Positions 24,601 through 34,219 of a stretch of DNA of 64,000 bases are shown piece by piece (position 1 is the first letter of the stretch; each line of letters starts with the position of its first letter). The translations under genes were made by a program, and so were the position numbers. The DNA comes from Antedon mediterranea. Its lineage: Eukaryota; Animalia; Echinodermata. The stretch is taken from assembly GCF_964355755.1 (NCBI RefSeq), contig NC_092675.1, positions 7,001,812 through 7,065,811 of the forward strand, given 5' to 3'. The notes beneath the pieces were generated by a model. That model was not told where the DNA came from. It ran no database searches and worked only from the letters and a program-made list of their open reading frames with translations.

Positions 24601-27600
24601 ATAATCAATTGTTATGTTCTAGTAAGTGTAAATGGGCCTTTAACTTATATATTGGGAAATGTATTGATCAAACCATGGAGGAAATTTCCTCCATGATCAA
24701 ACATACCTGTAAAGCTTTCTCATTATCTCCTTGGTCTTCATACATCATGCCAAGTAGTTGATACGGTTCATAGCTTCTTGGAGCTAAAAAAAGTTTTTAT
24801 TCTATAGCTATGTCTACACTATCAAAGTGATTAAAAAGTGTGATGTGCCCTAAATGTGGTAATGATATGATATCATCACTCACATACAGTTTGATAGTGT
24901 AGACCCGGCCTTAACCATTTTTCTTCTTTCATTTTCAAAAAATATGTGCCTATATATGGACATGATGATATAGTATCACTACCATGTTTGTCTACACTTA
25001 GATAGTGTAGACTGAGCTTTACCTTCTTGAAGATAAAGTTATGCTTGAATACTTAAAATCTTCCAGTAGCTTAAAAGTCAAACTTGTTTGACTACAAATG
25101 ATATTCTAAATCTCTTAAGTCGTATGTCAAGAAAGAAACAATAAATACTCACCTTCTCGTATTATCTCCAAGCACATTTTGATAGCATCTTCCCTGGCTC
25201 CACGTGCAAAACACAAGTTAGCCTCTCCCATCAATCCTCTGAGTGTTTTAGGCAAGCGATTAAAATGCCGTTTTTTACCTGTTTTGCGTTTCTCCTTTTC
25301 CATTTCCAGCTCAATCTCAAATGCATCATCCCCTGTGGAACATACAGAACATGCCAGTTTTTACTAGTAGAAAGTTAGGTGAAATTCTTAAATCTAAGGG
25401 AAGAAAACCTATGATTGTAAATCAGCAATGCGTTGTATATAAATTTCAATGTGGTTTCTGCGATGCAAACTATGTCGGCTATACTTGTCGGCACCTTTAT
25501 CAACGTATTGATGAACACAGTAAAGGCACCATAGGAGAGCATTTAAAGCAACATAATATAAGTCCTATTGAAACTTTTAATCATTTCAGGATATTGTCTA
25601 ATATAAGTGCAAATCCAAATTTGATGTTTAATTAAGGAAATTTTCTGGATCAAAGAACTGAAACCTACACTTAATAAACAAAGCAATTCAGTCAAAGCTA
25701 ACTTGTTTATTAATTAAGATGGAGGAGCTTAATAACTAAAGTTCTTAGAATTGTAGGCCTTCTTTGTTGTTAATTAACCAATTAATTAGTATTTCCTGTC
25801 ACCCTTTGGTGTTTGTTATCTTTATATAATTCAATCACTTGATCTTGAAAATGGTTCCATGATGGTTCCGAAACGTTGATCTTCTTGTTTTTTGTCATTA
25901 AATTTTATTGTAAAATGAAATTGTTTGAACAAAATTTACATACCTGGTGCACCAAGAGAAATACTCGCCCCAATCATTGCCGATGTAGATGCTTCTTCAC
26001 CTACAAAATGATATTGGTATTACTATTAGTACAAATAAAATAATACATTAATACTGTAATGTTTTTTTGCTAAGAGCGAGTGGGGGGGGGGGGGGGGGGT
26101 GAGAGGGAGATCCCTGCATTATAATTTACCCTGATTTTTTGGGTGTACAAACCTAACTAGTAAAATGAACCCAACTACAGTACTGTAGCAATATAGCACA
26201 TTTTGGCAAATTAATTAATTCTGCAAAAAGTTAGATTTACGGAAATTGGGAAGTAAAATTTTAAAAATAAGTTGAAATAACATTAATTTTGACATCGTTA
26301 CAATTATGAAAAATGTATTAGCAAACTGCACTTTAAGATACACAAATATTTATTTTCCCTTCAGTTTCAGTACATTTGATTACACATCATACATAATATT
26401 GCTAGGATGAGAATATACAGCTCAACACTGACAGGATGAATAGATGTGATACTAAATATTGTTTTGTATATTCTTATCTTTTGAATTATTAATAAGTTAT
26501 ATTATTTTAAAATTCTATTTTACCGATAAGATTGGTTGATGTCATTGGTTCTTCAAATTCTTCATCGCTACTGGCAACATCATGTTGCAGCTCCGGTTCT
26601 CTGATATCTGTTGTCTCATCTTCCAATTTGTCAACATCTTCAAGTAATTCTGTCAACTACAAATTTTTTAATAACTTTGCATTTTGATGTTCACACCCCT
26701 GACATTTAAATGTATCATTATAAATAAATTATAAAATGCAAGTATTCATTTAATTAAGTATAAATGAAAGTTACAGTTACAGTTACTGTCACGACAAATA
26801 TGGTCCGGGGCCAAAATCGGTCCGGCCGGATCAGTTTTTGCTCTAAAGTTGTGGCCAAAAGCAGTCCGCCACTGCCAAAATTGGTCCAGGTTTTTCTTCT
26901 GTCGGTTTTAATTGAATTACTAGGCCTATGATGCTGTTTTAAGTTGTTTATGGCTAGAAAAATATCCCATGATATTATAAGTAAGTTATCTTGTCGGATA
27001 AATACTATAAATAAATGTATTTTATCTAAAAACATGACTTAGGTGTTCACTCATATTTCAGCCTGCCACACACTCACATGAACGGGTATGAGACGCTGAT
27101 ATTGCCAGCCAGATTTTATTTTATGATTGAGACCTTTTTCCTTGCTCAGCCTAATCAATATTGGATAATTGTTTTATAATGATTGTACTGAATTGATATT
27201 GATTGATTAACCATAAATTAGTAATAAATTAAATTGTTTTTAACATCATGGGGAAACGAAGATGTTAAAAAAACAAAAGGGATTAAAAACAGGCAGAGAA
27301 TTAATTGTACACAAAAAACCTAAAAATTAGTACTAATTATTGATGAGTTACTACTAATAGTAATAATGATGATAAAAAAAACAGGCTTAATTTATATAAA
27401 TAAAATAACAAATAAAACTCTGTAGTTTTCAATATAATGACTAATCATGGCCTTTTTAAATGATATATACATTATGACTCATTTTGCGCACCATATATTT
27501 GCAAGATCGGACCATATTTGGCGGCCAAAAACAGTCCTACTACCCGGACCGATTTTATTTATTTGGCCGCCAAAACTGGTCCGGCCGGACAGGTTTTGGC

Positions 27601-28104
27601 AGCCATAAATGGACCCCCGGACTGATTTTGGCAGCCAAAACTGGTCCGCCGGACCGATTTTGGCCCGGACTGATTTTGGTGTGACATTATCATTACCACA
27701 CAAGAGATGATAAATTAGATTTTTTTTTAAATAGGCCTTGCTAGCCTTAATATATATAACAAATGCAGTGAGCCGGCTAGGTGTAGACGTGCGCCGAAGT
27801 GCATAGTAGTGAACTGTCTGGGCTAGGCCTACACTCTCGACTTCGACCTAGGTCCAGCCAGGCAGGCCTCCTATCCTCCTAGAAGTACACTCTCGGCTCG
27901 GCGGCAGAGCTTGGCCTAGCTTTAGACACTACACAGTGACACAAGGAGAATGATTTTTACAATAAAAATCTATTTCAGCAATACTCTAACATAATAGGCA
28001 CCATATCATTATACCTTCTGTCCATCAGACCACTGTTCAAAAGAGATTTCACCCCGTAAATACTTCAATAATTCACCTTCGTCAACCAATTCATAACGAG
28101 ACAT
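6609..28104 (-). CDS. GTF3C3: General transcription factor IIIC subunit 3 (TFIIIC102, TPR-repeat protein), 19 exons
   Basis: Exons 28015-28104, 26524-26656, 25944-26000, 25153-25332, 24707-24783, 21148-21262, 20146-20312, 19568-19655, 18864-19011, 17867-18060, 16894-17136, 12390-12560, 11407-11651, 10834-10926, 10197-10298, 9869-9947, 8959-9083, 7974-8061, 6609-6787. Motifs YLRGEISFEQW, LRGLMGEANLCFARG, AAHLNPKDTDEWVKLAE, GDLFLDVAEAYM, YNLAAVWLRYAECL, NGHNAF..GSYKHALGEY and DLRREAAFNLSLIY resemble known GTF3C3. Confidence 0.95.
6855..7329. mobile_element. Tc1/mariner-like MITE in last GTF3C3 intron
   Basis: TIR CCGTAAAACC(T/C)CGAAAAGAAGCCCATGGGCTT at both ends with TA flanks; internal repeats of GGGCTTCTTTTCGAG. 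Confidence 0.8.
9722..9859. mobile_element. Family-A MITE (Harbinger-like), representative of ~18 copies in the window
   Basis: TIR AGCTCTGTCTACACTATCAAAC with TWA flanks and an internal 21-nt repeat CCCAAATATGGTAGTGATATG. Other copies near 6170, 10006, 12614, 18332, 18474, 20000, 24806, 24945, 28985, 41087, 42593, 49630, 55311, 55693, 57698, 57848, 61243. Confidence 0.85.
11015..11199. repeat. Fold-back palindromic element (MITE-like)
   Basis: ~60-bp arms TTTATGATGAAGGAAAAAGGTTACGTTGAAACTTACCCAACATTTCATGCG and its near reverse complement at 11139-11189. Confidence 0.75.
12788..13617 (+). mobile_element. 5'-truncated non-LTR retrotransposon (CR1/L2-group LINE), C-terminus of RT ORF plus 3' UTR
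   Basis: Uninterrupted frame 12788-13411: KFLGVHIDEFLTYKNHI...YKSLIEPVLNYCNIIW...LQKRALRAIT...YNTR...GPKLWNDL. Ends with AATAAA and a (TTGAAT)n tail; interrupts the right arm of a family-A MITE. Confidence 0.88.
13653..16187 (+). mobile_element. Putative non-autonomous Helitron
   Basis: A|TCTATATATA 5' end; 3' GC-rich hairpin CTAGATGGTACGC-GAGCGAAGCGA-GCGTGCCATCTAG ending CTAG|T; internal direct duplication ~13927-14232 vs ~14688-15044. Confidence 0.6.
16346..16823. repeat. Tandem duplication, two ~240-250 bp units
   Basis: 16349-16597 closely repeats at ~16599-16823 (TAGGGGTGTCCCATAATTCTGG...GTAAAAACTCTAA). Confidence 0.8.
17538..17775 (+). mobile_element. tRNA-derived SINE (family S1), partial
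   Basis: A-box-like TGGCCGAGCGG; body GGTTCTGGTGGTAGAACAAGTC...GTAGGTCCAGTGTACAC is shared with the copies at 21333-21630 and 47465-47757. Confidence 0.7.
20740..21040 (+). mobile_element. tRNA-derived CORE-like SINE (family S2)
   Basis: GTGGCGCAGTG A-box, degenerate B-box GGTACGAATC, CORE-like CCTTAGGCAAGATACTTTAC...CCACCCAGGTGTATAAAATGGG, ATT-rich tail. Confidence 0.6.
21333..21630 (-). mobile_element. tRNA-derived SINE (family S1), near full length
   Basis: Minus strand reads AGTGGCCGAGCGGTTAAGAC (A box)...GGGGTTCGAGGC (B box), followed by a body found in at least 4 other places in the window. Confidence 0.8.
21939..24639. mobile_element. Harbinger-like MITE forming the outer shell of a nested transposon stack
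   Basis: AGGCCCAGTTACACT...AGTGTAAATGGGCCT termini with TTA flanks; arms 21939-22015 and 24538-24639 are mutually inverted. Confidence 0.7.
22370..24351 (-). mobile_element. Non-autonomous DNA transposon, Sola2-like, with residual ORF 23133-23570
   Basis: TIR GGGCAATTCCA/TGGAATTGCCC and 4-bp TSD TACA (empty site visible in the host family copy near 45630); repeated GTGACGGAATTAC motif; ORF GDFVLIKY...YVAIV...IVSVLPAP...RYHF resembles a transposase C-terminal domain. Confidence 0.65.
25349..25915 (+). mobile_element. Penelope-like element 3' remnant (GIY-YIG endonuclease, frameshifted)
   Basis: VVYKFQCGFCDANYVGYTCRHLYQRIDEH...IGEHL is the GIY-YIG plus CxxC/HH signature of PLEs; ELKPTLNKQ continues in another frame; followed by a hammerhead-like 3' motif. 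Confidence 0.85.
26787..27686. mobile_element. ~900-bp non-autonomous TIR element with GC-rich subterminal repeats
   Basis: TGTCAC...GTGACA termini; inverted arrays of GGACCRRTTTTGGC at 26800-26890 and 27508-27680. Confidence 0.75.
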
Positions 28105-28278
28105 GTTTTCTCTAACGCCAGAAAAGTTTACTAACTATTGAGGGCGTTTCACAGCCGAGCGGGATTATTTTTCATTCAGAGGTCAACCCGCCCGATTGAG
28201 TCAAAATAACAAAAACATTGCATAAGAATCTGCAAGATTTTATATGAAATATTGCTTTTAATTGAACTATTTATAAAG
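28105..28278. promoter_or_regulatory. Bidirectional promoter GTF3C3 / R3HDM4
   Basis: Only 174 bp between divergent start codons; locally CpG-richer, with a CCAAT-like (GATTG) and an AGGTCA motif. Confidence 0.7.
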
Positions 28279-31200
28279 ATGGGTGTTGTTAAAGAGCAAG
28301 ACAATAAAGACGTTTACTGTCAGAGTGAAAAGTGAATAGAATTTGTTTATAACACTGATAAGTTGTTGTGTAGGCTAGTTAATTAAGCCCCTCGGAATCG
28401 GATTGATCGTCGTCACCACTGCACCTAGTTTTGACGTGTCGACTGTAAACAAAACAGTGAAAGTGACCTCTCTCTTAATTAACAAATATGTCAGTTCTTC
28501 AGCTGTCATTCATATTCTAGATTTTGACAAAATCAGAAAATATCAAATTAAAAAAGCCAGGGATACTGTAGTTTTCTAGGCTTAATATGCCCAGGTTTAA
28601 TACTAATAGGCCTATTTCTATATAGGTAGGCCTAGACTAGATAAACAAAAGTTTTTTGTTTAAACTATATTTAATAATAAAATATTAATTAATATTATTA
28701 TTTTTCCTACTATATTAATTATTTTTGCTTTATTAATTCAGATCGAATGCTGGCGGAATGGTAATTCCAACTGAACTTGATGATACAGAATTGAAAACAA
28801 CTTCAAGAAAAAGAATTCCCAAAAAGAGCACTCGGGCACCCTGTCCGATGACGTTTATGAAGCGTTCAGGGCGTAAAGCACCGGGATCAAAAAACTCAAG
28901 ACGTTACGAAAACAGTAAGAAGTGAAATCAGAATTGTTATAAAGATATAAAGATAATGAATAGCTTAGGCCTATGACTGACATTATATGTCCATATATGG
29001 GCATATCACATTTTTTTTAAACACATACAGTTTAATACTATAGTGTAGACAAAGCTGTATACAGTACTGATGATTTTATTTCCAAACAAAAAAGTTAAAT
29101 CTCTGATGTTTAATAATTAAACCCAATTTTTTTTTTTTAAAGCTTGTTTTCTCCTGGACTTGGTTGACAATGATGAAGTTAATGAAATAACAGCTCAGGA
29201 TTTCTTGAATTCAAATCAAACAGCATTTGAACTTCTCTTTGCTGAGCAAGAAAACATGAAAGTAAATGAATTTGATTTAATACTGTTTAATGAATTGTTT
29301 AAATCTCACAGTATACTTTTGAATTGTTGTTTAACAATATTATATTACTATTTGTACCAGTCAATATTTTATTACTATTTGTACCAGTCAATATTGTATT
29401 ACTATTTGTTTACCACAGTCAATATTTTATTACTATTTGTACCAGTCAATATTTTATTACTATTTATACCAGTCTATATTTTATTATAATTTGTGCCAGT
29501 CAATATTTTTTTACGATTTCAGTATATCAGTCACAATTATATTTTGAAATAACTTCTACTTAAACTTGTTTGTAGATCTGGAATGACTTTATAAATCGTA
29601 CTGAAGAAGATCAAGACGCCTACCTCAAAAACTTGGAAGAAAAGAAAGTTGAAATTAAAAAGAACTGCGAGCCTGTAATGGACGACACCGATGCTAGAAT
29701 TGGTAAATGAGAATGATATTATTGACTGTATTTGTATTATATTCTATTATTAGTTTTTATTGTGCCATCATTTCCTATTTTAAAATTTAAAATATGTGTA
29801 AAATAAATACAGCTACATAGCCCTTCTATTTATAGCCCTTTAGAGAATTGGTTCCAGTTTGTTTGCTCTGAAAAGCAACAAATAGGTGTTTAGATTATGT
29901 CAAATCCAACAAGCTACAATAATAGAGAATTTTTGTTTTGCGACGACCGACCAAAATATGTCATGTTAATACAATGTATGCATACAGGGATATTGGGACG
30001 TGAATCCTCGCTCCTCACCTTCATAAAGTTTTGATGATTTCTAGGTCCAATTGACTTGACCTAGTTAGGTCGTTGGTCGTAGAAAATTGAAAGCTTTCTA
30101 ATGATGACCTGTAGTTGACACAGGTGATTTCTGTACTAAAAAATTTGATTTAACTATAGTTACTGTTAGTTGTTACATATATTATAAGTAGAAAAAAAAA
30201 TTTCATTTACTAATATTCACAGTGTGTGTTTTTATTATTTAATAATACCACTCGATGTAGGAAATCATTTGTCCACAACTCTATTCATGTTTCCATCTCA
30301 ACATTTCAAAGATAGTTTGTTTACTTATTTTCTACTGTATATAGTTTTAATGTATTGTATTGATATTTTTAATGTTTTATATATTGTATGTATTTTTAAG
30401 CATTTAAGGAAAACCAATTTCATGTTCGCCTGGTTGTGTTCATGACAATAAAGATTTATCTTATCTTATCTTAATTATGTAGAACATCCAGCTTTTGATG
30501 CTGATGAATGCTATAAGCGTATAAGTTCTCGGTTTAGGAACATGTTGCGTCGTCGACATCCTCCTAAGGTATTATCTTCATTCATTATTCATTTTCATAC
30601 TAACTACTTTAGTGCTTTTCACCCAGTCAACAGATTATTTAAAAACTGTTAATGTTTTTATTAATTATGTACAATGTTAACAGAAATGTTGACAATGATG
30701 AGTGACCTATGGCCTTTTATCTCATAGTGCCAATTCATGCATACTTAATGTTGAATAACACAAAATTCTTTGTAATAATCTAATGACTCTTGAACATTGG
30801 ATTCAATATAATAATATTTTTGTAACTTTTTTTAGGGAACATTAGAACATTTAGAAGGAGAATTAGTCTGCTGGTTTTCAGACGATCCTTGTTCAGTTTA
30901 CATATCATGTATTGGTAACAGCTTTGAGAGGTTGCTACTACACGCCTTATCACAGTACTTAGATCTACAATCATCAAGTAAGTCACAACATTGTTCAAAT
31001 CTCTGCTATTTTTAATTCATTTTAAAGCTATGTTAGAGAGTGTAGTTAGCTTGTTTTGGATTGTATTTGTTTGTTTGTTTCTTCATCATACAAATTTTCC
31101 CACTGCATGTATCCACACACATGGTGTATCAAACTTGTTCTGGGGAAGTTTAAAATATTCCTTTTTAACACTATACTATAGAGTTCTGCAGTTTGACGCC

Positions 31201-31884
31201 ACAACGATAGAGGGCGCCGCTAACCAACCAAGAAATGCGTTGAACACTACTATGTTGATAAACTTTATAGATCTGTATTTCTATCAAATTATGTATCTTA
31301 GCTTGATTTTTTTTTAACTTAACTGATGTCAGCACCCGAGAACTCTATGTGGGAAGGGGTTGTATCAGAAAGAATCAACTTTACTGGGAAGGTTTTAAGG
31401 TATTAGAATCACCAATAGTAAGAGGTTGAGGGTTCAGGAAAGTAATGGAGTATCAATATTATTAAAATTGTACTGGGAATGTTTTAAAATACGTTTAAAA
31501 ATGTTCTCGAAGGGATGGGAGTATTGGGATGTGACCAGAACTTAAACTGGGAAAGTTTTAAACTACTGTTGGTGGGGTAGAGAGAGAAGTACAGGAATAG
31601 CTCAGGTCCAAATATTATATAGGTTTGGTTTCTGAGCATATATAGAGTGACTTTTCAACTCGACAGCTGAGTAGTTGTGTTGTGTCAATATGAAAACGAA
31701 GTGTTATGTTATAGTGTACTACACAGTAATGAAAACAATGGAATGTTTTATACTATTTTCCTTTTATTTTTTAGGTTTTAATCAGGGAAGTAAACGACAT
31801 ACAAAAGTTGAAAATGATAAAGAGTACTTCAGCCCGCCAAGAATACCATTATCTCAGTATCTTGACACCCACTGCAAAACTTAA
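28279..31884 (+). CDS. R3HDM4: R3H domain-containing protein 4, 7 exons
   Basis: Exons 28279-28331, 28742-28914, 29143-29261, 29576-29702, 30483-30568, 30836-30977, 31775-31884. Motifs GSKNSRRYENTCFLL, IWNDFINRTEEDQ, HPAFDADECYKRIS and SFERLLLHALSQYLDL (R-xxx-H). Exon 1 is less certain. Confidence 0.88.
29334..29545. repeat. ~27-bp minisatellite in R3HDM4 intron 3
   Basis: ~7 degenerate units of ACCAGTCAATATTTTATTACTATTTGT. Confidence 0.85.
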
Positions 31885-32960
31885 TGCCTCAAACCTAATA
31901 CTGTAAACACTTTCAATTTTGGGTGTGTGAAAATAGATGTGTTTTAATTAAAAGCATTGGATAATTTACTGATGGAATGTGTGAGATTTTAATTTAAACT
32001 TAGCAAAATAAAAGCTATATTTCAAGTGTTTACAGTGGTATATATTAATTCATTTTTTTCAAGAATAATGAAGTATTTAAAGGGATTTTGCATTTAAATT
32101 TTAAGAGATTTTAGAGTAGTTTTAAACATGTGCAGAAAAATTAAGGAAGAAATTAACTGTATAATTTATAACCTTAAAAATTGTATAGTCAATTGTCTGT
32201 ATTATTGCTTTATGGAAAGTTTTAATTATATGAAGAGTGCATTTTTTTTCAATTGTAATGTGGAGGTAATTGATTTATTTATTAAAATTTTTTTATTTTG
32301 ACAATACATTTTTATACTGTTTTGACAGTAAATTTCATATTGGAATTTTAAATATAATTTAATACTCTTTAAACTTTAAATGTCATGTAGTATGAAAACG
32401 AATTTCTAATAAAATTATTTTTCCAAACTTGATGTATTTTAACTATAAACTTTAGAACTTTATTTTGCACAAAACAAAATCTTTTTTCATACACTGCCCA
32501 TGCTTGAATTGGTAAGTTTAATTACCGCCTTATTTAAAAAAATTCAGGAAAGTAATCCAGTACAGCACAAAATTCCATGCGCACACTTAATGTTAATTAA
32601 AATAAACAATAATTAGAAATAATATTTATTTACTATATATGGCTTTATATTTTCCTAAAAAATAACTCTGGTAAAGTGTTTGTATTTTTTAAAATGAAAA
32701 TGTAATTAACTATATTTAACCATAAATTAATATAGTTTTGTATGTAAATTAATGTTATGTGAATTATTGATATAATAATACTGTTTAATTACATGTCCTG
32801 TATGTTCACTGTACAGGTATTACATAGTTAGTGTTATTGTAATGTAGCTGTTGTAAGTTGCATTGTTATGGAGCTTATTGTATTGAATAAAATGGATGTA
32901 ATAACTTTATATATTTCTGTACGATGTGTCGCCGCCAACAATCTGAGTTGAGAAAATATT

Positions 32961-33052
32961 CCATATACATGGCTGCAGTCGCGTGCTCAAGTTAGTGTTA
33001 ACCGACCGACCGACATAGTGAGCTGTAGAGTCGCGTTCCACGTTACTAAAAA
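32961..33052. mobile_element. Helentron/DINE-1-like terminal fragment; second copy at 36366-36470
   Basis: (ACCG)n microsatellite followed by ATAGTGAGCTGTAGAGTCGCG...ACTAAAAA hairpin end; near-identical direct copy just after the TRIM stop. Confidence 0.55.
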
Positions 33053-33402
33053 GGTTATTTTCAGAAGTTACGAAATATTAAATACTACTACTGTATCTGA
33101 TGACTTTTACAATTTTCGATATATCTTCTATTGTTTCTCTTGTATCAACATTGAGAAGGTCACATACCCGGCTCAGGGTCTGAGGTCTGACCTGACATCT
33201 TCCCAAAAATAAACGAGACCAGTCTGCATTTTACCATAGAGATATAATATCTCTTAGGATTTTACCAATAACATTGTAGGGACTTAAAAGCACATAAAAT
33301 AAAGAAAATAGCATTAGACAGAACACTTTGGAGCAACTTTACAGCAGAAATAAGCAGAGCGGTCGAGGCGGAAAAGTCAGAAGGCTATTCGGCGGAACGG
33401 CG

Positions 33403-33752
33403 CACAGTGGGCCAGATTCAATTCAAAGTGTGCCAAAAGTCTAAAATGGTAAATGTGGCAATCCAAACTTGTTAAATGTCATGCAGTATCAAAACCGTTG
33501 CTTTTTTTCTAGAAAATAAAACAGCGAATTTATCAAACCTTTTGTTTTTGCTAATTTTAAATAAAATGTTATAGTTTCTTCCAGTTTCCATTGTTACAAG
33601 ACACTATTAAAATTTACCAAATATAAAATTGTTAGTGGATTTATAAATTTAAGATATCTTCTTCCTAATACAATATTAAACAAAAATTGGATTGCCACAT
33701 TTACCATTTTGGACTTAGTTGGCACACTTTGAATTGATTCTGGCCCACTGTG
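33403..33752. mobile_element. Transib-like MITE with CACAGTG termini
   Basis: ~60-bp TIRs CACAGTGGGCCAGA(T/A)TCAATTCAAAGTGTGCCAA...GGTAAATGTGGCAATCC; CGNCG 5-bp flanks. Confidence 0.75.
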
Positions 33753-34219
33753 CGCCGTTAATAAATAAGTTGTAGTAAGTTTAGGCCTACGTTATCGGAT
33801 TACTTGGTTTATCAATCTTTTTTCAAGTTTTTTTAATATAGCTACAATTAACCTTTTTTCAAGCTGCAACACCTGTCATGGGTGTTGTCTCAATAACATG
33901 TAATGTATAGGAGAATAACAATGCATGCAAACAGTATTACTAATTATCAAATAAATGGTATGGAAATTCCAATGAAAAGTAATATATCATCAAAAAACGT
34001 CCATCCTTCAACAGCTTGTGTATATACTGTACTACCTCACTACAGTTCTTCCGAGACCAATAACATGGTAAGTTTAACGTTACTTTGCTATTTAATAACA
34101 TTAAAAGGATAGAAATGATAGTGTTAAAAAACATTCTATAGTCTCTTACGTATATTCGTGACGATTGAGTATGATAATGTTATTGACAACAGTTTGTTGT
34201 GTTTTTCAATTTCTTGCAG

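Noticed and set aside
26082-26099. G18 homopolymer as a functional G-quadruplex
   Set aside because: Simple repeat that is a C-run in the pre-mRNA; no further support.
27479-27703. ORFs on both strands
   Set aside because: Derived from GC-rich subterminal repeats of a non-autonomous transposon.
29160-29563. Hydrophobic ORF extensions
   Set aside because: Read-through from R3HDM4 exon 3 into a 27-bp minisatellite.
31350-31600. Purine-skewed stretch with three ACTGGGAA.GTTTTAA words
   Set aside because: Degenerate repeat with no definable ends or function.
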